A stretch of DNA of 63,305 bases, the filler included, from Platydemus manokwari (taxonomy: Eukaryota): the NCBI GenBank assembly GCA_037951405.1. It is 5 parts of 5 records of this genome, joined end to end, with 100 filler letters (N's around TTAATTAATTAA, not from the genome) between each part and the next. Parts side by side here need not be neighbours in the genome. Positions count along the whole stretch, not along the records: positions 27,674 to 36,900 come from JBBMOY011280540.1; positions 37,001 to 47,947 come from JBBMOY011025524.1; 3 more parts are not named here. One strand, written 5' to 3'. The notes beneath the pieces are model-generated. The model searched no databases and had not been told where the DNA came from. It saw only the letters and a program-made list of their open reading frames with translations. Below are positions 27,674 through 40,953 of the stretch, piece after piece; position 1 is the first letter of the stretch, and each line of letters begins with the position of its first letter. A program made the position numbers and the translations under genes.

Positions 27674-29149
27674 TGCAAAATTCTATATAGTTTATTTAAT
27701 TATATTCTTTAAAAACATTTTGAATTTTTTATTTAAGTATTTAAGAAGAAATTTTGTTCTGTGAAATAAAATATTAAATACAATTGTACAAATACAAAAA
27801 AATGGTGTAAATACAAAAAGATCAAATTAGGTCAGATTGCAATTTATTGAAAATTAACTATGAACCATTTTTTAACATAAGAATCAAATTGTGAGATACT
27901 TTAAATTTTTACAATTATTTCTTAAAAAAGTAATATCAGACTATTATACACGTTATGAGCTTCCTAAGTTCATTTATAATTAAATAAATTTAAAATTACT
28001 AAATCAAAAAGTCATGTAGAAGTTTTACGATTAAAAAAGGAACTTGATTAAAAACAATATTGTGTCCCTGTTCGACATCCTTAAAAGTAAGATATTAACT
28101 AATTTATACATATAAATCAAACATCGCATTCATCACTGTCAAACTAAGTCATAGGTCACCTTTTCTTAACCTAAGTCCAAAAATGTTCTTAATTTGACAG
28201 TTTAAAACTTTTGAATAACTAACTTTTGAATGACTAACTTTAACGAATCAAAAAATTAAATATGATACCTGACGAATAATTTCAAAAACACCTGTTGGAC
28301 TCATCTATTATAATGCCATTCGAAAAAATGTCATCCAAGAAATGCAGTCCTACTCAGGATTTTTTCATCGATATATTGGAACGATGTCCAAGTTGATGTT
28401 TAACATTTGCAGAATAAGTTGTCTTTCATTTCTGACTAACAATATGTGTTTATTTATGGAGTATTAAAAGGATAACCAAAACCTATAATAATCAGAAAAT
28501 ATTTAGCGAGAAGAAGGCATTTTCGAGTCGGAGTCAATCAACCGCTAAAAGAACACAAATCTACAGATTGAAATTTTAAAAATTAACTAGGAATACCAGT
28601 ACTATGTAAAAGTAGTAGTTCCAAGGAAAAAATTAAGAACTGCTTCTGGAAAAACCAAAATACTGCTGGGTCAACTGTCTTTATTCGTCGATGTTTGATG
28701 TGATCTGAATAATAACAGCCAACATAATGATGAACAAGTATTGCCAGTAAATCATTTGAAACGATTATGATAACACACGGATAAATAGAAGAAAATAAAA
28801 GATATTGGTTGGCAAAAATACGATAGATAAAACTGATTTGTCATAGTCTATAATTTGAACTGAACGATAAAAAAGCAAATAATTTTTCAAACCACCAAAA
28901 CCAAACCCAGACGTAAAACAATAACATATTAACTAGGTGAAAGTCAAATAAAACTAACGACAAAAAACTAATCAATGTCAAAAGCCAAGCAAACACATGC
29001 GGTGGATTCAAAGATATGCGGATTGAGATTAAATATGTTGCCAACATGTTCACCAAATATATTTGCCAACGTCGTGTCTATACAATGTGTGGCATTGTCA
29101 ATTCAAGAATAAGGTTGACTAAGAAACTTGTTAGAGAAAATCAATTACT

Positions 29150-29650
29150 AAAAACCGACTGAATGAAATCGGTCTAGAAAATAAAATTGTCCATGAAATT
29201 TGAATAGCTTCGACCCTTTTGTTTTGATCTTGGCATTAACAGGTCTTTATTGTGATAATTTGTCTTTATTCAAATATTGAAGGCTTCTGAATCCAAACTC
29301 TTATGTGTTCGGATATAAATTACCCCAAATAAAATCCTACATGCACATTGAGAGACATGTGAAGTAAGTGAGTCTGAATACGTCCTTGAAAAAATTGTAA
29401 AATGATGGAATAAATCTCATGTCCTCACTGGTAGTTCGGAATGATTAAAAATATCTGGGAAAGTTCATATATAATTATAAGTTCGGTTTTCCATATAAAA
29501 TCTCTTTACATTTTTATACCGACAAGATAACTTTGGCTTGAAAATGATCTATTACTTACTATCACAAAGGCTGGCATAATCCCATGACACCAAATCTAAA
29601 GGTTCCAATATTGTACTGGAAATATCTACAAAATTATCCTAAAATAACTG
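29150..29650 (-). mobile_element. Highly decayed Ty3/gypsy integrase remnant
   Basis: Minus-strand EPLDLVSWDYA...VIDHF resembles the integrase core start; heavily disrupted. Confidence 0.5.
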
Positions 29651-32600
29651 ACATCACGGCTGTATACTGCTGATAGAAATCAATGGTCATAAAATACATA
29701 TCATTTCAATATAGTTAAAAAACCAAATTAAATATTTTCCGAAATTGTTTCGACTACACGTTATATGAAAACGTCATCAGTGAATGGTCCAATTAAGAAG
29801 TACTTACCTGGTTTGATATTATTGTTTATTGATCTTGCTGATTAAAGCTGGATTATTATTTCGATTCTTGAATTTCTGAAATGAGAAATCAATCAGAAAC
29901 TTGCTCTGATATTGTTCAAAACAAAACTCTCTCATTAGTATTCAATTTACGATAAAACGAATGAGGAAATCAAATATTAAAAAAATGCTAGAAATATGCA
30001 AAAAAGGAACGAGAGAGAATAAAAATTTTCCCATGATTTTTCACAGGTTTTCCTATGGTATCATTGGTGGTCGAATAAAATTAATGAGAAGTTCGTGGGG
30101 AAAATAATCTGGTTTTTAAAATGATAAATGATTTTTTGAAATTATCGAAATTTAATATCTCATCCAACAAAGTGGTGTGGGTATTTTTCTCATAGAAATA
30201 TATACAATTCGTTTTGGCTATCTGCAAGAAACTCATGGGAAAACGTAAAAAAATAGGTCATCTCCAGTTATTAAGTGGTATCGTATTCAAACCAATCGAC
30301 TTTCTTTATCTTTGGGAATTTCTTTCACAAAGCACCGGAAATAACTTTCAAAATGCTATTTTTATAAATGAATATCGATTTGAGTTATTTTTTGAGGCTT
30401 CATATTACGCGCACGGTCTTGACAAATGATGGATTACAACTGTAATGTCTGAATTCGGCGTGGATAACAGATTCTGTCTAATTTGTCATAATATTTTTGA
30501 CTTTTAATTTGAGTTAATTTATTGAAAGTATAAAGCCAATGAGATAATTATTCATTATCATTGATAAATATTCTATTGAATTTATTGAGATCCATCTGAC
30601 GGAAGAGATCGAGTGTATTGATTCCATAATGATCGATAAAATAATAAATCAAATTCGTGATATTTATTTAAAGTTAATTTTTTTCTATTTCAGCTACACT
30701 ATTAAAATGCATTTGTTTTATTTTGGTTTCTACTGGATATAATTATATGTCAAGTTACTTCGTTGTTAAGGGCTGACAATGAATTCAATAGCCATTTGCA
30801 ATGGATACTGCTTTTTCGTTAAATATGGATTGAAAACGATTTAAGGAGTTCAACCCAAAAAGTATATTTTATTATCGATTATTTTACTTATATTGATTGA
30901 AAAATTACTTATAAAATTTTTTTAAATTTTAAAACTTCGTTTTTTGGATGAATAAGTTGTTGGAACATGAGGTCTCAGTACCTTACAAATGTTTTGGAGT
31001 AACCCTAAATCTTGAACTAAATAAAAATCAAAACGAGTGTGCGTATTTTTAATGGTAGTCCTAATTAAGTGTTACCTTATCTTAAAATTAATGAATGCAA
31101 CTTCTTATGGATCTCGGATCACGTATATCTATTGTTACTTTTAATTTTCAATCAATAATTTTAATTGATTTAATTCTTTATATAAATGGTCATGCATCAT
31201 CGATACATTAAGAAATGTCAGGCATAACATCGAAATTGAAATATATTTTGATAATTTATTAAGACATAGAAATTCTAAATCAAAAATTACTTAAACCGTC
31301 ACTATAACTACCAGATTGTGATTGAGGGTTACTGTACCCCCTTACTAATTCCAATATCTTGTGTGACTGTGTTCCAAAAAAAGTTCAACATTAGTCTGCA
31401 ACCCGAATACAGTGAATTGGAGAATGTACTTGGACATTATCTGTTTATTGAGAAGATTCATCGAGTTTCTCACTTTATTATGGCTGATGTTGCAAAACCG
31501 ATTATCTAAATTATCGCTGGATAAGTAAATTAATTATTTAAATAACCCAAAAATTTAATTTTTTCCATAAATATTAAACTATCTTGTTATATTATAACAA
31601 CTAATATATCTCCTTTTACTAGTATCTCGATCAAAATCAATATTCTTGCTTAATGTATTGCTCCAATTCATTCTCACAGCAGGTGTGTTGCTAGTCTACT
31701 CAACAGTTTCATGTTGAATTTATCATTTTCGATATTAAATCATTTCCAAATCCTATCGAAACACGATACTGACTTGTTAGGTAATGTTATTTCATCAAGA
31801 TTTTCTTTAAGCTAAGAATTCTGAAAACGTCATTCAAAAATCATTTGCTACCACGTTAAAACAAATTTGATAAATTATCTCAAGAGAATTTCATTTTATA
31901 ATTTTGGTTTTTCAAATAATAAAAATTAGTTTGTTTATTGGTTTTTGTACAAATGCAGTCATAAATATTTTACCGAGTCCTTTCTAAGTCGTAGAGTCTA
32001 AACTCGTTGGTATAAATATGCTAAGAAGAATCCCCACTGATGATATCTATAATAATGACTCACAATTCTCAGTTGTCATGACTACAAATTCTGCCTTGTA
32101 TTATAAAAAATTTCTGTAATGTTTTCAAAAAAGACTTCAAAATTTCGAAGCAATATTTTCGCTCCATCTTTCATTCGGCAAAGCAACGAAAATTGTGGAG
32201 ATAAAATATTATCAGTGGAAATTATCCAAAATATGTTTTCATTAAAATATTTCATTGAATAATCGGGTTGGTTGTGAGAGACCAGTAAACATTAAATTGT
32301 AGCAACAAATATCTGCTGTTGCCGTTGGTGTCGGCGGTGGTGAAACGAGTGGGTGGTAATTCGGATTGGAGTCGGAAAATTTTATCGATAATAATTTTAT
32401 TACAAAATTAAAAAAGAAGAAAAACGCTTTGAAATATTTTATTCCTGGCTCGAATAATTTATATCGGGCGCAGAATATGTGGCTGGTTATTGTAATTGAA
32501 AATATTTTGAAATTAATTTCTCATTCTGGTCAATATTTGCATTCACTATGGCGTCATTGGCAATAATCAGTGATTTATGAAGATGATTTTATTATTAAAG

Positions 32601-32729
32601 CTTAAGATGATAGTTTAGCTAATTATTGATAAATATTTCATATCGTGTTTAAATGCAGTAAATTACAACAACCGATTTCACCAATAATAGCACCGATTTC
32701 TTGCAGTCGCGCATTGATCCAAGAACATC

Positions 32730-32730
<1 letters not shown>

Positions 32731-32786
<56 letters not shown>

Positions 32787-32796
32787 CATTATTATT
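32731..32796. repeat. (ATT)n microsatellite
   Basis: Directly visible. Confidence 0.97.
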
Positions 32797-35016
32797 AAAT
32801 AAAACATTATTTTGAAGTAATCAAAAGAGTCAATAAATTTTATTCTGAGAACTCTGAGAATCATTTAAATGTAAAAGATCTTAAAGGTCCAACAAAATGT
32901 CCACCCAATTTTTACAAAAAATGCCTATCAATCAACCTCAATCTAACGAAAAGTATCGACAACATCAACCTTATTCACATCTTGAATCACTCCAAGCCTT
33001 AAATCAATAATTGCGAACTCACAAGGTAACGACGGTTGAAAAACTTCAGGAAAAGCACAAGATAAATACTATTCAAAGCCTCAATTTCCACGTTTTTTCC
33101 CAAAATAAACATCTTTCTTCATACAATTTCATCAATGGAGTAAAAATTTCTTTCCAACCCATGCTCACCAAAGTTTTCTTTCTCAATTCAAAAAAATTAT
33201 CAAAATATCAATGTATGTTGAGACGAATTTTACAATTGCCTGTATGGTGTACTAAAGAAAATTTTATGTTTTCATGTTTAATGTATTCATCAATACAAAA
33301 TCGATGGTGAAAACATTTTTGTCGATGTGAGTGATTGTCTCACCGAGTCGTGAAGATGCCACTTCCAAGTATTGATAAATAAAAATTGATTTTTGTGTAT
33401 TTCGGTTGCAGACCAATTAAAAATTTAAAAACCTAGATGTGCGGTAACCGATATGCGAGATAATGGACATAAATCTGTTACCTTCTTTCTCGAAAATAAA
33501 TAATTAATAAGCTGGTCGTTCAATTAAAAATAATAAAAATAAATAATCTTCACAAAATTTAAATTTAGAACTAGAAATATTGATTAACCTTTCATACTAA
33601 CAGGTATTCCAGCAGAAAAATGAGTAAGTAAAAAGTAGGATCTTGGAGATAATATTGCATGTGCCAGGTGAAGAATAAATGATGTATTAATAACACCAAT
33701 GATTCAGTTTTAATAAATACTTTATAAAAATAACCTTTTAAAGAGAGAAAAACTAAGTGTGTGTTACCGCATAAGTACTGAGTGTTCATGCAGATGTCAG
33801 AAGTAAAAGAAATATCAATATTTATTTAGAATAATCAAGGATGGAAGAATCCTTCAAGTCGACTCAGTATCGAGAAATCTTTCTTGTTTCCATCATTTGT
33901 TTCGTGCAGTGCATATTTGTGCTTCCAAAGATAGTTGTGTGAGGGATTGCTGTTGATAAGTGAAACTCTGTTTGGATGTCACATTGTGACGTCGGAGGCT
34001 TCTGTTGATTGATAAAGGACTTGATAGGTTGTATATGCATCTTTTAATTTGGCGCTAATAATTATTGACCAAATAAGGTAAATGTGTTTCTTATTCATTT
34101 GTAGAGGTTTTAGAATTTTGTCATTTGTGTTCGGAACCGAATCCTGAGGATTATTTTTGAAAATAGTTTGATCCTCGAGTTCCTCTGTGCTAATAGATTC
34201 TTAAACAGATTTTCACTATTATTTTAACTCCAAGTGGAACGTTAGAACCTGAATAATATCAGGACCTAAATATGTTATTCAGCTATACTCATCTAGACCA
34301 TATTAGACTCTTTTAAAATGAGTCGAAATGTTTCAAAGTCTGTGATTATAATTGATATAAAACGATCGATAGATGTTTTAAATGAAGTCGCAGATAGCGA
34401 TCTTATTTACATCTCACATTCAAAAGAAATTCAAAAAATATCTTAACAGAATCTGATATTAAATTCAACGCTTCTTCGTTTGGTAAAGAGAAGATTTTAG
34501 ATTAAAGTATTCCGGAATATATAATCATAAACAGTTTATTAATATTTTATTGTTTTTATCGATCTCTGCTCTATAAAACTTGTATCAATCAATGCTTATA
34601 TTTTTAAACAATAAATTTTATTGATTTTGTATGTTTTATGAATAAATTAGAATAAATAATCAATTAATTTAATAATTATTTATTGAAATTATTATTACCA
34701 ACTTTGAAATAATTAAAATCAAATTTATATTGATTGCGAAGATTTTAAAATTTAAAAGATTTTATAATCCGATTTTTTATCAATTTACTTAAGCAATCGT
34801 ATTTCAATTGTATTTTGTTTTGTGGCTCTTCAGTTCTTTATCAGTGTGTGTTTTATGAAATAGTAGAAGCTAGCATTGATTACAATCAAATTAAATTTGA
34901 CATCGTAGGTGTGTATTTTGAAATAAAATTGAAGAGTTGGCTGCTGATGTCAAAACCAGTTATAATGATCCCATATAAACTATAAAATTTTATTATTTTA
35001 TATTAATAATATATTA

Positions 35017-35047
<31 letters not shown>

Positions 35048-35599
35048 GGTAAGTGATAGATTGTAATTAAGTCATCAATTTTTTCTCATGCAACTGGGAG
35101 TCTTTATTTGCAAAATGATTTAATGAATCTGAGAACAATTAGCCCATTTTTTGATTGTTTTTAATAAATTGTGAATGCTGGGAGATTGAAAATAATTAGA
35201 TTTTTAAATACAAAGACAACTACTCAACTAATACTACTGCAGACATCTAATGTAGTCAGTAGTATGTTTTAATTGAATTTTTAATGAAAATTAATTTCAC
35301 ACAAAACAATTTCTAAAAAGTTGTAAAAATGAAAAAAAAATTCATAATCGAGATGAAATATTGATTAATGATAAAAAATTTTCTTTCAAAATTCACCCAT
35401 TCAATCCATCCAGTCAATCATCTTTGCTGCCTCTTGGGATGGTCTTGCCAAATTTTCATCGAGTTAATCCATCCGTTTTCGTTGGTAACTTTTTCTGCCA
35501 TTTACCTTCTCAATGAATTGGCAGAAAAATTGTGCTATTAATTTAAACAAAAAACAATCGATAACATGAAAAATACGGATTCACATTTGACATTTCAGG

Positions 35600-35865
35600 C
35601 AAGATTTGTCACAAATCTGCAATTGAAACCGAGAAAACAGTGGCTTTCTTATTTAGAACGCGATTTCTCAAATAAATCGAGCTGTTGTTTGCAATTATTG
35701 TGTCTCAATGTAATTGGCTTCATGTTGACGGTAACAATTAGGATAGATTTATCCTCAACCCAATGGACTGGATTAACTCGATATCAAACTGTCATGCAAT
35801 CATAAGCCAGAAATGATTGGCAAGATCATTGAATGTCCCAATCGATTGGTTTATGCATTAAAATA
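35600..35865 (+). mobile_element. Possible RTE-like LINE 3' end remnant
   Basis: RKQWLSYLER...TIRIDL...W...ARNDW resembles the RTE C-terminal W.GHV.R / TI..DL / DR..W pattern. Confidence 0.35.
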
Positions 35866-36900
35866 TGATGATTTGAGATTCTTAGCTACCCGACCAAATC
35901 GAGGTTCACAGAAGAAATTCTAATTCACCAAGCGATAGCTAGATTGAATAAAATAAATAACCATTTAATCGATCACGAATATATGAAGAAATGAAACAAT
36001 GAATATCAACAACCTATTTAGCAGTTATAATATATCATTCCCATTATTTCCAAAAATACTTTTGTGGTCCATAATTTATTAATTCCAGATTTTTTTGAAA
36101 ATTCTCCCACCTATTAATCTCTCATAATGCTCATACTCCTAAATTAAAGAATCTATGAGGTTAATATTTCAGCAATTTGAAATCATAGTGCTAACATGAC
36201 CGCCACTAGTTTAATCAGTCAAAATTTGGTGTACCATGGGTTATTTTTAATATATTATAAATATATTTCTTTGTTTTACGAGTTCTTATATTCTTGTTCT
36301 GAGATTTTTATTGAAATTTATTTATTTTAACTCACATTATATTTTCTCATTCTTTTCTCATTCTTTTATCGTTGATTTGTAAATACTTTTACTCATCAAA
36401 TATTCAATATGCTATTTAAAAATTCCTCTTCAAATTCTGCAAAATATGTGTAAATTTATCTGACCGAGTGTGTAAATAACGACAGAGTGTGTATTCATGA
36501 CGTTGGCAAGTCTGGATATTGAAAACAACTCATTGAATGCATACTAGAGTGTGTTTATGATGTATTTTCATTTTACTGTGAAATCATATGCAGTGGCAAG
36601 CATGTATCTGAAATATGTGTTGCCTTCATTTTATCAAACAGAAAAAATAAGAAATCTTTCGAAAATATTCACAGGGTCTAAGAGCATTTTATTCTATTAA
36701 TTACCATGTAGTATCGGTGATTTTATTGAATAGCCATATAATTTTTAATGGAAATAATCAATTGCTTCTAATCACACGACTTTTAATAGTTGATTTGAAA
36801 TAAATTTTATTGTATTATCGATTGATATTTTCAATAATATTTTAACTGCTATTGATATCCAATATTTGGATTTCAATTTATGATTTCTAAAATTTATATT

Positions 36901-37000
36901 NNNNNNNNNNNNNNNNNNNNNNNNNNNNNNNNNNNNNNNNNNNNTTAATTAATTAANNNNNNNNNNNNNNNNNNNNNNNNNNNNNNNNNNNNNNNNNNNN
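36901..37000. other. Assembly gap linker
   Basis: Same 100-nt structure. Confidence 0.97.
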
Positions 37001-37863
37001 ATTTTATTTCAACTTGGTTTGGCCATAGTGATTTTAATTTAATATTATTTTTCACATATTTTATTGATTAAAATTCATAGACAGTTTTTTAATCAATTCA
37101 ACACACTATTTTCCGAAAAAATATCTCTTCATTTCTAAACAATCTAGAATGAAATGTTCACACGTTCATTAATGCTTGGTGATTTTGATAAATTTATTAG
37201 TTGAATGATAAAATTTGGAAAGGGTTTGAAAATTCCTATAAATAATTTCTCAATGAAAGGAGAGTTATTGTTATCGAACGATTGCTAGCACTTTCATCAG
37301 AATGGCTTGTCAAAACCAAGGAAATATTAGAAAACGTTTGAAAAATAATATAAAATATGATATCGATATATTTTAATAATAACGAGACTAAGGATTCAAA
37401 CTACATTTTTCTACCATTGAAATATGAAGACCACCACTTTCATCTTTCTCTCAAATATTATGAAGAGAGTGAGGAGTGCTCGATAGGTTGAACGATTTTG
37501 TTTCTGACACCAGAAGTTGAATTGAACATGAAACTTATTGTATTTATTGAACTATTATGCATTATTTATTGAAATAATATGGAGTATTATCTTTTAAAAT
37601 GATCATTTAGTGATTGTTTGGACTTGTCATGTTGGTTATGTTCTATAATAAATCAAGGCGATCATTTATTTTTGCATTAACCTCTCAATCATTAGATATT
37701 CAATTTATTTTTATATTTATTATCGAAATAATAGAGCTCCCTTCATATGGATGTTTGATCTAAAATTGGAATCATATTCTCCAATCATATAATTGTGAAT
37801 ATAAGAACCATTCATTCATACTTAATTGGAAATCCATATTTGATATTAAAATCCTTTTATCAG

Positions 37864-37963
37864 ATCTAAACTTCAATTGGCTGATGAATATCTGACGAAA
37901 AATCATCTTCGAGTGCTCAGACTGGGTCAGAGAAAAACCAATTTGCAAATATTATTGAAACAA
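37864..37963 (+). CDS. VPS54: VPS54 internal exon (not in ORF track)
   Basis: TTTTATCAG acceptor, GTAAAA donor; SKLQLADEYLTKNHLRVLRLGQRKTNLQILLKQ joins in phase 0 to LRVVKTVHSTQ and resembles the helix preceding that motif in VPS54. Confidence 0.78.
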
Positions 37964-40918
37964 GTAAAATGTGGATATTTTATGGAATATTGTGATCGAT
38001 TGATTATATATATTTCGTAGCATAAATTGTTTTCGATCCATTGGTTTAAATTGCACCGAAAATCTACAACAATATTTGTAATAATATTATTTCTCAGATT
38101 TCCATTATTTTTATTTGTGTGTAATTCATTTATTTACAAAAGTGAACCTCCAATATTATAAAATCTCATTTTTGAATTTTCTAGGCATAAATAATCAATA
38201 CTTCATTTATAATTTCCAATCTGAGACAACCATCTGAGACGATTAATAACAAACTCTATCAATTATCTATCAACCAACTCACTGTATTATTTCTATATTA
38301 GTTTCTATTTATTAAACTATTCTATGTCATGTAGTTGTAGTTATTATTGATAGTGATGTGTGTGGTGATAAAAACCAAATTTAAATAACAAGTTCTCAAA
38401 TCGTAATGAAGTTGAGAAATGTGGCCGTTATGAGAAAATTATGTATTGATGCATTGGGTGTTGTAATTAGTATTGGTGAGGAGAAAAGATTAATTCAGTC
38501 GATCTAAGTCAGTTATCTGGTGGAAGTTGATAATAATTCAAACCACCTATATAATCATTAATCACATTTTATCGATATTATTTCATGTAGATGGGGGATG
38601 TATTGATCATGGGTGATAATTTCCTGAATTAAATAGCCAACATTATTATAGAACAATTATTATTTATAATTTTCTATCAAATTATTAATAAATCTTAGAT
38701 GAGTTCAGATTTTATGTAAAACTATATTCCATAATTTATTTTTAAAATTTCGAGCTTTCAATATAAGTTTGAGTTGATTCATTTGCGGTTTCTAAACAAT
38801 GGTTTCTAAGCCATTTAATGAGGTGACGAAATTGTAGGATTTTTTTTATATATATATTTTTTATATATGGTAGCTTCATTTGTCTAAACACATTCAATGT
38901 TTTATTTTTATGCCAAAATATATTTTTATTTTCGATATAAGGTCAATTCTTTTGAAATTTAAGATGTCATTTGAATATCTTCACATTATATCTATTAATT
39001 TTTGTAATGGTTTTTTATCGATAATGTAAAAATGTTTATGAAAAATAATTTTTTTATTATTATTATCATTTTATTATTATTATTATCAAATAAATCTCAT
39101 CATTTGTTGTTGAAAATAATTCAATACTTATTTTTATTTACTCTCTTCAATGCTTTAAATTTCTTCCTTTTACAACATATTATATCTTTATTTCAATATC
39201 ATAAACGTATTTTTCATCTTTTTCCCAGTTAAGAGTGGTGAAAACCGTCCATTCAACACAAGCAATCATACAAACTTTATTGTCCAGTAATGATTTTTGT
39301 GGTGCCCTTGATCTGATTGCGGGTACTCAAAACATTATGCAAATCGATTTGTTGTCCTCGAAAGATAACCAAAGATCTCCAATATTATGTTTACGGCACG
39401 TACATGCGCAACTAGTAGAAATGAGAAAATTTGTCGAGAAAATGGTGCAACAGGAATTTATGAATGCCATCGCTTTTCAGTTGCGATTGGAAAATGATTT
39501 ACCAATATCTGATGCTGGGATAGAGATCGATGTATGTTTTGTCATCCATTGGGTATTTATCGATGATAGTGCATTCCAGTATCAATTAGTGCCCAGCCTT
39601 CTGGCAATGATTCGAATTGTCGTCTATTCATCAGCCCGATACTCCAGTTTGAATGAATTTGTTCAACTTTATTTGGACGAAGCAACAGAAGTGTTGAAAA
39701 CAATCGTTCAATCACGCGTTCTTCAAGCATTTTCCAAATCATGTCATGTAGATGAAATCGAATCGATGGGTGTATCCACTGATGAAGGCACTCCTGGAAC
39801 ATTGGCCGATCAGATGAGAGCATTGAGCTTTCATAATTGGATTGAACTTATGAATTTTATAAGCATAGATATGCTTAATTTATTGGATAAAGTTCGAGTA
39901 TGTCGATTATTTTTGTGATTTTGTTTTGCAAATTTTAGATCATATTTACGGATATCCAAAATGATTCATTTTATTCAAATCAACACATCGAAACTATTAT
40001 ATGCCAATCGACACCTTTCAAACAAATAATCCATCGATATATCGGTTTCTTTGTCCTTTCTACTCATAAATTGATGATCAAATTTCTAGTAATTACCTCA
40101 TAAACCTCCCGAAACTCTTTCATTCATTTCAACTTCATACTTGCTTGTGAGAATCTTTGTAATTGATTATTAGTTTCTATATCACATTATCAATCACATT
40201 TAATATTCATTTTTCACAAATAATTATTCCAATAAATATCGTTGTTTAATTATCTCTATTTCGATTTGAAGATAAATGAGCACTCTCAATCAGATCTGAC
40301 AATTCGATAAAAAAAATGTATTTTTGATTCGATTTGAAGTTACTTAATATAAATATGACATTTCGTACAGTGCATTGACAAACTCAGAGAGCCCGACATC
40401 TAAAACAGATCCTTTTCAGATAGTGGCTAATTGGAAATTGAATTATTTTTTATCACATATATTGAACGCTAAGATGAGAGGTCGAATGAAAAATAAAAAA
40501 TCTTGTAACAACATCTTATAAAGTTATTTGAACTGTATTCGAGAGTTTTTATCATAAAGCGAAAATCGTTTTTGATCAATATTGTAAAGAGATTAGATGA
40601 ATTCGCTGATAAAATCTCTGCTAGAATAATAGAATCACTTGTAATTAATATTAATATTACGTGTTATATATTTGGTCACATTTTGAAATAGCTCAAAGTT
40701 ATTATCAACTTAGTCTCTACACTAAATTAGAAATTATATAGAAGCGAGCCAGGTGACGAGTCTTCATTCATATAATTACTATTAAAGGAAAAGTGATTGA
40801 GACCGTCAGTCCGTGCAAACCTTAATAAATAAAATTGTAAATAAATTTCGATTTTCAAACGAAAATTTATCAAATTGTATTATTATTATTGATTTTATTA
40901 TTATTATTGCTATTGTTA

Positions 40919-40953
<35 letters not shown>

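Noticed and set aside
32300-32380. GC-rich stretch as a possible exon
   Set aside because: No recognisable protein motif or convincing splice-site pair in the frames examined.
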